IMG/VR virus record: IMGVR_UViG_2908446538_000001
Coordinates: 9,053 to 73,052 of that record
Source of the DNA: a virus
Taxonomy: Duplodnaviria; Caudoviricetes
Direction: 5' to 3' (one strand)
DNA length: 64,000 nt
Made by a program: the position numbers and the translations under genes. Under the pieces are notes generated by a model, which saw only the letters and a program-made list of their open reading frames with translations, did not search any database and was not told the DNA's origin. This document shows positions 8,615 to 17,486 of the stretch, piece by piece (position 1 is the stretch's first letter; every line of letters starts with the position of its first letter).

Positions 8615-9232
8615 ATGCAAACGTCCAGTTCCAGACACACCGTAGAAACCCGTGATCAGGTGCTGGTCGCCCATGCCCAAAACCAGATCGCCCGCACCAG
8701 CTTGAGCCAGGACGACTTCGCCCAAGCGCTGAGCCGCGAGATCTACCTGACCGTGCCTGCCGCGAAGATCAACGACGCGAAAGTCCCGGACTTCGTAGAG
8801 CTGGCACGCCTGAACGATGTGGGCGAGTTCATTAAGGCCACGGGTCGTTGGCTCAAGCGTGTTCAGCGCTGGCTGTCCGGCGATCAGGAAATGCCGTCCT
8901 GGCTTGAAGAGTCGTGGGTCAACGCCCTTGAACCTGAATACCGCGATCACTGCTTGAACGAGCTGGCGAGCCGCCACGGCTTGACCGGCGCCCGCCAGAT
9001 GACCAGCGACCAATGCGCGAACAAAAGCTTCGGCGCACTGATCCGCGCCCTGGGCGATGTGATCGACACCGGCAGCGAAGTGTTTGATGACCAAGTGATG
9101 TGCGAGCAGGACCTGCCGCACTTGCCAGCGTTCGCCAAACAGTGCCGCCAGGTTGAAGCGAAGGCAGGGGAGTTGCGCCGTAAGGCTGAAGCTCTGCTCA
9201 ACGGCAAGCCAGCACTGAAATCAATCGCCTGA
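8615..9232 (+). CDS. Phage regulatory protein in the cII position
   Basis: ORF directly after cro; function inferred from position only. Confidence 0.6.
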   Translation: MQTSSSRHTVETRDQVLVAHAQNQIARTSLSQDDFAQALSREIYLTVPAAKINDAKVPDFVELARLNDVGEFIKATGRWLKRVQRWLSGDQEMPSWLEESWVNALEPEYRDHCLNELASRHGLTGARQMTSDQCANKSFGALIRALGDVIDTGSEVFDDQVMCEQDLPHLPAFAKQCRQVEAKAGELRRKAEALLNGKPALKSIA

Positions 9233-9301
9233 ATTCCAGGCACAAAAAAGCCGACGTACGAGGTCGGCTTTTTCTACAGCGGTAAACAACTGGAGCGAAT
9301 C

Positions 9302-10153
9302 ATGCACCAACATACAGAATCGATCAATACCCCCAACATTTCCGCGCCACGTTTTTCGCAATCTGAAAACGTGGCGCGTAATTCCTCAGTGATCCCGTTC
9401 GACTTCGACGGCGCGGCGATCCGGGTCATAACTGACAAGCTCGGTGACCCGTGGTTTGTCGCGCGCGATGTCGCTGATGCCCTCGGTTACTCCAAACCGG
9501 AGAATGCCGTGGCCCGCCATTGCAAGGCTGCGACCACTACCCCGAAACAGGGTGGTGGTTTCATGACCATTATCCCGGAGCGGGACCTGTACCGGCTAGT
9601 GATGAAGTCCAAGCTGCCGGCCGCCGAGAGGTTCGAAGAGTGGGTGGTTGGCCAGGTCCTGCCGAGCATCCGCAAGACCGGCAACTTTTCTGCCCAAGGC
9701 CCAAACAACTCCAAAATCGTCGGCGAGCTGGCCATCCTGGAATGCTTTGACCGCCTGTTGAAGCCTGCCAACTCCAGCAAGATGCTGATGCTGGCCAAGA
9801 TTGCCGCCAACAACGGCCTGGACGCTAAATTCCTCCCAGGCTACGCCGTTGATGCCGCCCCTGACGCCGCTGGTGGTTCGTCGATGCCCACCAAGGCAAT
9901 CACCGCCCTGATCAAAGATCACGCCATCGCCAGCACCGCCCGCGGCTTCAACCTTGCTCTTGAGGCCCACGGCTTCCTCAAGGTTCTTCAGCGCAAAAAC
10001 TCCAGGCAGGAAATGGTCGACTTCTGGTCCGTGACCGAGAAGGGCATGGCCTACGGCAAGAACCTCACCAGCCCTCAATGCCCCCGCGAGACGCAGCCTC
10101 ACTGGTACGTGGATCGCTTCCTTGAATTGGCCGCTAAGGTCGGGAAGGCCTGA
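9302..10153 (+). CDS. BRO-N domain antirepressor-like protein
   Basis: PWFVARDVADALGY, IPERDLYRLVMKSKLPAAERFEEWV...VLPSIRKTG. Confidence 0.9.
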   Translation: MHQHTESINTPNISAPRFSQSENVARNSSVIPFDFDGAAIRVITDKLGDPWFVARDVADALGYSKPENAVARHCKAATTTPKQGGGFMTIIPERDLYRLVMKSKLPAAERFEEWVVGQVLPSIRKTGNFSAQGPNNSKIVGELAILECFDRLLKPANSSKMLMLAKIAANNGLDAKFLPGYAVDAAPDAAGGSSMPTKAITALIKDHAIASTARGFNLALEAHGFLKVLQRKNSRQEMVDFWSVTEKGMAYGKNLTSPQCPRETQPHWYVDRFLELAAKVGKA

Positions 10154-10154
10154 C

Positions 10155-11132
10155 ATGCAATACACCGTGACGATTAACCAGGTGAAGGCGCTGGAGTGGG
10201 GGCTGAATTCTCAGCAGGCCCTGCTGTTCGCCTTCATCTACGGCTGCCCGAGCTGGACCAAGCCAATCAAGACTGATGACGGGATCTTCTTCGCGCTGAG
10301 CAAGGCCAAGATCATCGAGGAGCTGCCGCTGCTCACTGATAAGCCGGACACCGCTTACCGCATGCTGAAGGCCCTGGAAGAGGCCGGCTTGATTGAGCTT
10401 TCCAGTACTTCGAACATCACGCTTTTCCGCCTCACAGAGAAGGCCGTCGAGTGGAACCAGAAGCTGGATGGGTCGGAAAAATATCCGACCCCACCAAAAA
10501 ACAAGGGTCGGAAAAATATCCGATCTACCTCGGATAAATCTCCGAGCAAGGTCGGAAAAAAATCCGAACAAGGGTCGGAAAAATCTCCGACAAATCAGGA
10601 TACCAATCATCAGGGTACCAATCAGGACACCAGTCAGGACTTGCAGGACGCCACCGGCAAGCCGGCTCAGTCCCGCGGTCTGGTGCTGGTGGTTGATCGC
10701 ACCGACACCCCACGGGTCGAGATCCCCGCCGACATGCCTGGCCCCAAAGACCAGACCTGCAAAACCTTCAAGGTCTGGGCGAACTACGCCATGGCTTACC
10801 GCAAGCGCTACAGCGCCTGGCCTGTGTGGAATGCCAAGGTCGGCGGCCAGCTCGGACAGTTGGTAGACCGTCTCGGCGCCGATGTCGCCCACCACGTCGC
10901 CGCCCACTTCCTGAAAACCAGTGATGCCGCAGTCTTGCGCAAGTGCCACAGCCTCAACGAGCTGCTGGCCAACGCCGAGAGCTATCACACCCAGTGGGTG
11001 ACCGGGCAGCGCATCAACGGCACAACCGCCCGCCAGATGGAAAGGACGGAGGCGAACCACTCTGCAGCCGAGCAGGCCGCCCAGATGGTTCTGGCCAAAC
11101 GCCAAGCAGGTGACCGCAATGAATACCTCTGA
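10155..11132 (+). CDS. Replication initiator (lambda O analogue) containing the origin
   Basis: N-terminal winged-helix-like region, internal iteron repeats, position after cII. Confidence 0.8.
   Translation: MQYTVTINQVKALEWGLNSQQALLFAFIYGCPSWTKPIKTDDGIFFALSKAKIIEELPLLTDKPDTAYRMLKALEEAGLIELSSTSNITLFRLTEKAVEWNQKLDGSEKYPTPPKNKGRKNIRSTSDKSPSKVGKKSEQGSEKSPTNQDTNHQGTNQDTSQDLQDATGKPAQSRGLVLVVDRTDTPRVEIPADMPGPKDQTCKTFKVWANYAMAYRKRYSAWPVWNAKVGGQLGQLVDRLGADVAHHVAAHFLKTSDAAVLRKCHSLNELLANAESYHTQWVTGQRINGTTARQMERTEANHSAAEQAAQMVLAKRQAGDRNEYL
10471..10591. repeat. Origin iterons (5 copies, consensus TCGGAWAAAWMTCCGA)
   Basis: Copies near 10471, 10506, 10530, 10550, 10573 inside the initiator gene, as in lambda ori. 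Confidence 0.8.
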
Positions 11133-11916
11133 AATGAACGACCACCAGGTCGCCGGGCTTGCCGCCGCCATCTGTGCAACGGCCGAGGCTATGGGCCAGG
11201 AGATGAACCCGGGCACCGCCGCAATGATGGCCGAAGATCTTTGCGCCTACCCGGTGCCGGTCGTCAAAGCCGCGTTGAAGGCTTGCCGCTTCGAGGTGAA
11301 GGGCAAGCTGGCAATGGCCGACATCCTGCAACGAGTCCAGTCCTCGGATGGGCGTCCTGGCAAGGACGAGGCCTGGGCCATCGCCATGACCACCAACGAC
11401 GAATTTGAAACCGTGGTGCTGACCGACGAAATCCAACTGGCCCTGGCTGCCGCGAAACCCATCTTGGATGGCGGCGACAAGATCGGTGCGCGCATGGCGT
11501 TCATCGATGCCTACCAGCGTTTCGTAGGGCAGGCCCGCGAGGATGCGAAACCGGTCAACTGGCACGTGTCCGTGGGCTTCGACTCCAACCGCCGCATCCA
11601 GGCCGTCACCAAGGCTTTGGAGCTGAAACGCATTCCCCAAGAGCACGGCCAGAAGTACTTGGCTGACCTGAGCATCGTGCCAGTTACCGAGGACGGCCGC
11701 GCCATTGCCGGTTTACTCACCGGCGCCGTCACCCAGCCTGCGCCAGTGCTGCGCCAAAGGCTGGAACTGGTCAAAAACTCGATGCTGGAGATGCGCAAGG
11801 CCAGCGCCGAACGGAAAACCGAAATGCGAATTGAAGCGGCCAACGAGTTGGCGGATCGCCGGGCGCTGCTGATACGGCAGGCCCAGGAACTGGAAGAGAA
11901 GAGGGCGGCGCAATGA
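11119..11916 (+). CDS. Second replication protein (P-position, helicase-loader-like)
   Basis: Overlaps the initiator gene; position-based. Confidence 0.65.
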   Translation: MNTSEMNDHQVAGLAAAICATAEAMGQEMNPGTAAMMAEDLCAYPVPVVKAALKACRFEVKGKLAMADILQRVQSSDGRPGKDEAWAIAMTTNDEFETVVLTDEIQLALAAAKPILDGGDKIGARMAFIDAYQRFVGQAREDAKPVNWHVSVGFDSNRRIQAVTKALELKRIPQEHGQKYLADLSIVPVTEDGRAIAGLLTGAVTQPAPVLRQRLELVKNSMLEMRKASAERKTEMRIEAANELADRRALLIRQAQELEEKRAAQ

Positions 11917-12290
11917 ACGACTACACCGAACTCAAGAAGGCCGCCGAATACGCCGCCCAAGACGTGACAAAGTTCGCCGACGAAGGCGAGGAAATGCGAG
12001 CGCTCCAACAGTTCCATGAAGAGGTCGACCCTGAAACGGTCCTGGCCTTGATCAAGGACCTTGAGAGCCACAAACGCATGCTTCTGGCCGCTGCCTGCGA
12101 CCTTGGCGCGATTGGCGAAGCGCTCAAGTCCGACATGGACGCCGATGGGGATGAGTTGCTTGGCATGGTCATCGACCTGAAGGCACAGAACACCCGAATG
12201 CTGGAATGGCTCAAGGACATTAGCCGCACATCCGGCGACAAAGGTGCCGTCATGGGCGCGCGCCAACTGCTCAAGGAGTTCGCCGAATGA
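11913..12290 (+). CDS. Phage hypothetical protein (Ead/Ea22-like)
   Basis: YTELKKAAE...VDPETVLALIKDLE pattern; ATGA coupling. Confidence 0.55.
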   Translation: MNDYTELKKAAEYAAQDVTKFADEGEEMRALQQFHEEVDPETVLALIKDLESHKRMLLAAACDLGAIGEALKSDMDADGDELLGMVIDLKAQNTRMLEWLKDISRTSGDKGAVMGARQLLKEFAE

Positions 12291-12490
12291 ATGACTTCGA
12301 CCAATCGGTGCTCGCGTATTACCAAGAGCAGGGTGGCGCAACCGCCTGGATCTGTTCCGGGGCGTTGAAATGCTCACGTGAAGAGGTCAGCAAGGCGCTA
12401 CAACGCCTGAAGCGTAAAGGCGTCATGAAAAACAAGGGCCCGTTCTGGGAGTGGAAAGCGCCATCGCGTCAGGAGGTCGGCTATGACTGA
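12287..12490 (+). CDS. Small winged-helix-like phage protein
   Basis: EVSKALQRLKRKGVM helix-wing pattern; coupled. Confidence 0.55.
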   Translation: MNDFDQSVLAYYQEQGGATAWICSGALKCSREEVSKALQRLKRKGVMKNKGPFWEWKAPSRQEVGYD

Positions 12491-12953
12491 CAAGATCAGC
12501 GTCAACTGCCGCTCTATGCTCACTGAGGCCATCACCCGCATGTCCAAGATGTTCGAGGACAAGCACTTCGTGGTGGTCTCCCTGCGACCAGGCAAGGACC
12601 GCACGCTCGACCAGAACCGCCTGTGGTTCGCGATGTACAAGCGCATCGCCGAGATGACCCAGATCGGTGACGCTGCTGACGCCCGCAAGTACTGCAAGCT
12701 GCACATCGGCGTGCAGATCCTGCTGAACGAGGACGCCGGCTTCCAGGCCGAGTGGTACCGGGTGATGCGTCACCTGCCGTACGAAACCAAGCTGGACATG
12801 ATGGGCGAGTGTCACCTGTTCGGGCCTGACGGCTTTCCGGTGACCAGCCTGTTCAATCGGGCCCAGGGCATCGCCTACACCGACCGCATCGTCGCGCGCT
12901 TTGCACCGCAGGGCGTGTACTTCTCTGACCTGCTTAGCCAGGAGGCCGCATGA
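12483..12953 (+). CDS. NinB-like protein
   Basis: RTLDQNRLWFAM motif, nin-region position. Confidence 0.65.
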   Translation: MTDKISVNCRSMLTEAITRMSKMFEDKHFVVVSLRPGKDRTLDQNRLWFAMYKRIAEMTQIGDAADARKYCKLHIGVQILLNEDAGFQAEWYRVMRHLPYETKLDMMGECHLFGPDGFPVTSLFNRAQGIAYTDRIVARFAPQGVYFSDLLSQEAA

Positions 12954-13219
12954 GCCATAACTTCAAGCCGGGCGATCTGGCACTGGTGATTTCAGGTGGG
13001 TACCTGGGCGAGACCGCGGAACTGGTGCGTTTTGTAATGCCTGGCGACCTGATCGTCTCACCCACCACGGGCAAGGTTTACGAATTCAGGCCGGCCGCCA
13101 GAGTAGGTGGATGGTTGTGCAAATTCAGATGCAGTCATGCGGTAAAGCACGAAAAGAACCTGATGCCCCTGCGCGGCCGATTCACCCTAGAGCAGCAGAA
13201 AGCCAAGGAGGCTGTATGA
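12950..13219 (+). CDS. Phage hypothetical protein
   Basis: FKPGDLALV start; ATGA coupling on both sides. Confidence 0.65.
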   Translation: MSHNFKPGDLALVISGGYLGETAELVRFVMPGDLIVSPTTGKVYEFRPAARVGGWLCKFRCSHAVKHEKNLMPLRGRFTLEQQKAKEAV

Positions 13220-13848
13220 AGCGCACACCGCTGCAACGAAAGACTCCACTCGCGTCCGGTGGCCCGCGCCGCAAGCGCTGCCCAGAGTGCCGGGTGATGT
13301 TCACGAAAGCGCGTGAGTCGCAGGTGGTGTGCGGCGAGATCGAGTGCGCCATAGCACACGGTAAGTCGGAGAAGGGTCGGACGATCGCCGGGAAAGCCCT
13401 GGCAGAAGTTGGGCGCCGCGAAATCAAGGTCCGCAAGGAGGCCCTGAAGACCAGAGCGGATCACTTGCGCGAAGCTCAGGCGGCGGTGAACGAGTACGTG
13501 CGCCTGCGTGACGCTCACCTGCCATGCATCAGCTGCGACTCCACGCCCAACGACAACGACCTCATGACCGGCAGCCGCTGGGATGCCGGGCACTACCGAT
13601 CCGTCGGCGCCTGCCCAGAGCTGCGCTTCGAGCCGTCGAACATCCACCGGCAGTGCGTGAAGTGCAACCGCAACCTATCCGGAAATGCCGTGGAGTACCG
13701 CATCCGCCTGGTGATGCGCATCGGTGCCGAGAAGGTCGCTTGGCTGGAAGGCCTGCACGCGCCCTGCAAGTACACCGTGGATGAGATCAAGGCCATCAAG
13801 GCCAAGTACCGTGCAATGACCAGAGAACTCAAGAGGGCTGCAGCATGA
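13216..13848 (+). CDS. ninG: NinG/Rap recombination endonuclease
   Basis: VRLRD...PCISC...WDAGHYRSVGA.PELRF...NIHRQC..CN...SGN. Confidence 0.92.
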   Translation: MKRTPLQRKTPLASGGPRRKRCPECRVMFTKARESQVVCGEIECAIAHGKSEKGRTIAGKALAEVGRREIKVRKEALKTRADHLREAQAAVNEYVRLRDAHLPCISCDSTPNDNDLMTGSRWDAGHYRSVGACPELRFEPSNIHRQCVKCNRNLSGNAVEYRIRLVMRIGAEKVAWLEGLHAPCKYTVDEIKAIKAKYRAMTRELKRAAA

Positions 13849-14525
13849 ACTACCAAAACGTCATTTCTGCAGTCGTCCGCGCTCTGGCAGCGGAAACAAT
13901 CAACAGCGCCGGGGGTTGCAACGTCGAGCCGCGAGTGCAGACCAGTAAACTGAAGGGCGAGATCACCGGTAAGGATGCGGCACTGCTCGCCGACTGCATC
14001 GTGCACAAGCTGCTGCACGCCCAGCTCAGCCCGCGCCACTGGAACGCACTGGTGGCGAAGTACAGCACCCACCGCGGGCGCAAGATCGATTCCATTGGGC
14101 GGCTTGTAGCGGTTGTGCCTTCGCCTGCGCCACTGCGCTTCACTCAGCAGGCGGTTCTGGTCTGGGCTGTGCCGCAACAGTCGAAAGGCATCCAGCGCGC
14201 AGTGGTCGAGGTCAAAGCTCCAAAGCATCGGGAAAACAAGGATGAGGGCCAGTGGGATTGGCGAAACAAAGCGGCCGACGCCGATGCTGCCCGCGCCAAC
14301 AAGCACGCCAGGTCAGTGGCTGAAACGAAGCCGGGTGAGATGATCGTCCTCGCCGATTCGAACTACGACATGACGAACTGGGATTCCCAAGGCCTGACGG
14401 AGCGCACCTATCAGCGCTGGAATAAGACCATCAAGGGGGCGCTTGAGTCGATGGTGGACGAGGCTTTGGTCGATGCACAGCACATGCTTGAGGTCGTGGG
14501 AGTGCTGGAGTGCGAAGCGGCGTGA
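13845..14525 (+). CDS. Late antiterminator Q-like protein
   Basis: Last gene of the nin operon, followed by a promoter-terminator unit like pR'-tR'. Confidence 0.7.
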   Translation: MNYQNVISAVVRALAAETINSAGGCNVEPRVQTSKLKGEITGKDAALLADCIVHKLLHAQLSPRHWNALVAKYSTHRGRKIDSIGRLVAVVPSPAPLRFTQQAVLVWAVPQQSKGIQRAVVEVKAPKHRENKDEGQWDWRNKAADADAARANKHARSVAETKPGEMIVLADSNYDMTNWDSQGLTERTYQRWNKTIKGALESMVDEALVDAQHMLEVVGVLECEAA

Positions 14526-14544
14526 AATAGTCCCTCAAAAGGGC

Positions 14545-14574
14545 TTGCAATATCATGTCGCCATGTCGCATTAT
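14545..14574 (+). promoter_or_regulatory. Late promoter pR'-like with CATGTCG direct repeat
   Basis: TTGCAA-18-CATTAT; CATGTCG twice in the spacer (candidate Q-binding element). Confidence 0.55.
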
Positions 14575-14616
14575 TCACCCATCCTGTCATTCCTGCGTGT
14601 GTAGGACTGAGTTACA

Positions 14617-14646
14617 AGAACCCCGGCCATCGTTTCGGGGTTTTTC
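14617..14646 (+). terminator. tR'-like intrinsic terminator
   Basis: AACCCCG-loop-CGGGGTT followed by T run. Confidence 0.75.
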
Positions 14647-14719
14647 GTTATTACCCTTCTGTTAAAAAACTTGGTGACCTACTATGGCCTTTCTCATTGA
14701 TTTGCTAGAGGAAGGCGCC

Positions 14720-15205
14720 TTGACTGATTTTTCGGACATTCGAAACGCGTACGCCAAGCATAAAACAGCGCAGGATGCTTACTGGAATGATCTTCAGACG
14801 AAGGCATACAGTATTTATCGAGGTTTTGAGCATCACGTTGGCTTGGCTGGGCAGAAGTTCGCCACGCCAGGTAAGCCAGAAGAAGCCTACTGTCAGGTTG
14901 GCGTCATGGAGTCGGGCAAATTCAAGCAGGTACTCGGGCCTTCGTTTAGCGGTTCCGATTTGCAAGTTGAGTTTGCTATTCGCCTTGTCGTCGATGAGTC
15001 ACCTATCTCGTTACCGAAAAAGGCTCTGATCATCCAGCTGCGACTTGGAAAGTCCAAGGATGGCTACTTGGCTCGCCTGAAAACGAGCGAAGGCTGGTTT
15101 GATTTCTCTATTTCTTTCGCATTCGCGGAAAGCGAATTGAAGAATCTTTATGAGGCGATTGCGCTGGATGTGATTGACTCAATGGATGAATCAATTTTCG
15201 GTTGA
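14720..15205 (+). CDS. Moron, hypothetical protein
   Basis: TTG start after GAGGAAGG; AT-richer than neighbours; own terminator at ~15220-15246. Confidence 0.7.
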   Translation: MTDFSDIRNAYAKHKTAQDAYWNDLQTKAYSIYRGFEHHVGLAGQKFATPGKPEEAYCQVGVMESGKFKQVLGPSFSGSDLQVEFAIRLVVDESPISLPKKALIIQLRLGKSKDGYLARLKTSEGWFDFSISFAFAESELKNLYEAIALDVIDSMDESIFG

Positions 15206-15261
15206 AGCTTCATTCAAAGAGCCCGGCCACTGAGCCGGGTTTTTTATTGCCTGCGTTTCAC

Positions 15262-15495
15262 TGCAGCCAGGGCAGCCTCACGGAAGGCCTGGACGCTGAT
15301 AAGCCGGTAGTGCAGCGCTACGGAAAAAAACCGGCAGCCCGTGCATCCTGACCTCACTGTGCTTCCAGGGTGGCGCGAGACACGAACGGCGAGATCGGTG
15401 CATTGGGGCGTCGACGCCGGAAAGGTCTTTGGCAGACAGCGCGGAAAGACGCGCGCACCTATTCAGGGCCTCAGCATTCGCTGGGGCTTTTCTCG
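15262..15495 (+). ncRNA. Candidate structured RNA in the late leader
   Basis: Consecutive hairpins found by eye (CCAG/CTGG + GCCT/AGGC, GCCGG/CCGGC, GCGCG/CGCGC); no good ORF. Confidence 0.4.
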
Positions 15496-15511
15496 TTATG
15501 AGGCACAGCAA

Positions 15512-16042
15512 ATGTCCGGCTCTATCCAATCCAGCAACTACGTGCCGGGCGTTTCCGGCTGGAAAATCGATACTGATACGGGATCCTTCGAGCTTGCATC
15601 TGACCGGGTGACAGTTTCAGGGGTTGACCCTAAAGCGGTGTACTGCGGAAAGTCCCGCAAAGAAAGCCATAAGCCATTCATCGTTGTGGACGGCGTGATC
15701 TACATCAGCCAGGCATCCATCGAGGACGCCTCAATCGCTAAGGCCAAAATCGGTAACGAATGGTCGGTAAGGATTTGCGTGACGCCAGACGGTGAAAAAT
15801 ACGCAGCCGGCCTTGGTTTGGGCGTCCATCCGGAGTGCCTAGTGCAGCCTGATCGCTTCGACATCAACGGTCTAGATGCCTCGAAGATCCTTGAGATGCT
15901 AGCGGGCAAGATCAGCAAGACCGAATTGTGCCGCCAGGTACTGGCAAATAGTGATCAGCTCGGATCCAGCTTCGCCGAACAGGTCAAGGATTTGCTCCGC
16001 AAGGAGCTCATGCCTGGCGGTCTGCTGCACCGCTCCCGCTAA
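15512..16042 (+). CDS. DUF1983-like protein composed of tail-tip J segments in reversed order
   Basis: Four blocks match this prophage's own J protein; TGAGG RBS; start at MSGSIQSS. Confidence 0.8.
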   Translation: MSGSIQSSNYVPGVSGWKIDTDTGSFELASDRVTVSGVDPKAVYCGKSRKESHKPFIVVDGVIYISQASIEDASIAKAKIGNEWSVRICVTPDGEKYAAGLGLGVHPECLVQPDRFDINGLDASKILEMLAGKISKTELCRQVLANSDQLGSSFAEQVKDLLRKELMPGGLLHRSR

Positions 16043-16077
16043 TCCATTCCTTCACTCCCTATCGAGCAGGTAAAAAT

Positions 16078-16272
16078 ATGAGCAAGGAGGACGTGGAAAG
16101 AAAAGTCATTGTCCTTGTTCCTTCTGGCGAATTTGATCCACGATCGCTGAGAGCAATGCTCTTAACTACCCAGGGTGAATTCAAAGACACCTTCGTTAAA
16201 GTCCATGACAAGGGCGCCTTGTTTCAGGAACTCAAGCCCGAGCACGGCCTGATAGGTTCTTCCGTTGGCTGA
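16078..16272 (+). CDS. Small hypothetical protein overlapping the protease gene tail-to-tail
   Basis: 64 aa ORF with CAGGT RBS-like site. Confidence 0.45.
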   Translation: MSKEDVERKVIVLVPSGEFDPRSLRAMLLTTQGEFKDTFVKVHDKGALFQELKPEHGLIGSSVG

Positions 16273-16617
16273 GAGCGGGGTTGACACGAAGCTGGCTGCA
16301 TAATGCTCTGAGTGTCCGTCGATTGAAAAAATCGAAGGCCTCTCCTGTGAGGCGAGAGTCCCCGTACCGCCCATCACGTTTATCGTTGCTGCACGGTGAT
16401 AGCTAAAGGCGTTAGCCAGGCCTTCATCCATGTAAAAGCGGTCTGCACCTGTATCTATCAACGCGTAAACGATGACGGGTGTCGAGCCCGCAGCGGGGCT
16501 GTGAAAGTTTTCGGGCGCAGCTGGCTGCATATTTATCGCGATGACCGGAGAGCCGCCCGGAGTGTCGCTGACTAATCCGGCATCAGACATGAATTGAATC
16601 TTGATCTTTGTAGCCAT
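16162..16617 (-). CDS. Retropepsin-like (clan AA) aspartic protease
   Basis: ALIDTGA catalytic motif and VLGLEFL second motif; antisense to late operon. Confidence 0.8.
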   Translation of the reverse strand: MATKIKIQFMSDAGLVSDTPGGSPVIAINMQPAAPENFHSPAAGSTPVIVYALIDTGADRFYMDEGLANAFSYHRAATINVMGGTGTLASQERPSIFSIDGHSEHYAASFVSTPLSANGRTYQAVLGLEFLKQGALVMDFNEGVFEFTLGS

Positions 16618-16740
16618 GCTAGCCGTCCATCGTTTTGCTATAGGGGCAATGACGATAGCACGGAGCCATATGCCCTCCACTGAGCGGGCTTTTTATTCCT
16701 GCGCTCCCAGACCAGGGAGAACAACAAATACGGAGCAACG

Positions 16741-17112
16741 ATGGATCCTACTGACCTCGGCCCGGGCACAGCTACCTGGCTGGGCGGTAGCGCCACCGTG
16801 GTGCTGGGTGGCTTGCTTTGGCTGCGCCGGTTCCTCTCCAAGGATGCGACTGACCGGGCAATGGATAGCGCCGATATCGGCACGCTGAAGCGGCTGAACG
16901 AACTGCTGAACCAAGAGCGCGCCGCCCGCAAAGAAGCCGAGTCCCGCGCCGATCAGTTCGCCAAGGAGCGCAACGACCTTGCCGCCGCAGTAGGCCGCAT
17001 GGAAGGCAAGATCGAGGCCCTGACTAGTCAGGTCGCCCAACTTACTGACCGCGTGACGCAGCAGAGCGACGAGATCACTCGCCTGCGTACCAAGCTGGGA
17101 GGTATCGCCTGA
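16741..17112 (+). CDS. Putative holin-type membrane protein (1 TM + coiled coil)
   Basis: Hydrophobic N-terminus, GGAG RBS, lysis position between Q and terminase. Confidence 0.55.
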   Translation: MDPTDLGPGTATWLGGSATVVLGGLLWLRRFLSKDATDRAMDSADIGTLKRLNELLNQERAARKEAESRADQFAKERNDLAAAVGRMEGKIEALTSQVAQLTDRVTQQSDEITRLRTKLGGIA

Positions 17113-17429
17113 TGGACAGATGCGCATTGGAATTTATCGCCCGCCGCTGGTGGCGCCGGGCCGAAGTATGGGCGATTGCCGTCGTGCTGGTGGGTGGTGG
17201 TGCTGTTCTCGGCTACCAGGCTGCTTACTGGTCGCTCGCCGAGAAGCAGAGCAACCAGGTGACCGACATCCGCAAAGCCTATGACACCGCAATGGGCGAG
17301 CGCGATAAGCGCCTGGAAGAGCTGACCCGCCAAACCGGCACTGCTGCCGACAAGGCGACCAAGGCAGCAACGACTGCGGCCCAGGCTGCCGACAAAGCGG
17401 ATGAAGCCCTCAACCGGGTAACTCAATAA
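17112..17429 (+). CDS. Second single-TM coiled-coil protein (lysis-associated candidate)
   Basis: TM segment AIAVVLVGGGAVLGYQAAYW; coupled to previous gene. Confidence 0.55.
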   Translation: MDRCALEFIARRWWRRAEVWAIAVVLVGGGAVLGYQAAYWSLAEKQSNQVTDIRKAYDTAMGERDKRLEELTRQTGTAADKATKAATTAAQAADKADEALNRVTQ

Positions 17430-17486
17430 GCCGCGCCACGTTTTCGAATGCGCCAAATCGTGGCGCGCAATCATGAGGAATCACCC

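Noticed and set aside
10134-11646. Long minus-strand ORFs (360 and 210 aa)
   Set aside because: Antisense shadows of the replication genes in GC-rich DNA; no RBS or family motifs
15341-15511. Longer start for the J-mosaic ORF
   Set aside because: Runs through a structured region and terminator-like hairpin; better RBS precedes ATG 15512
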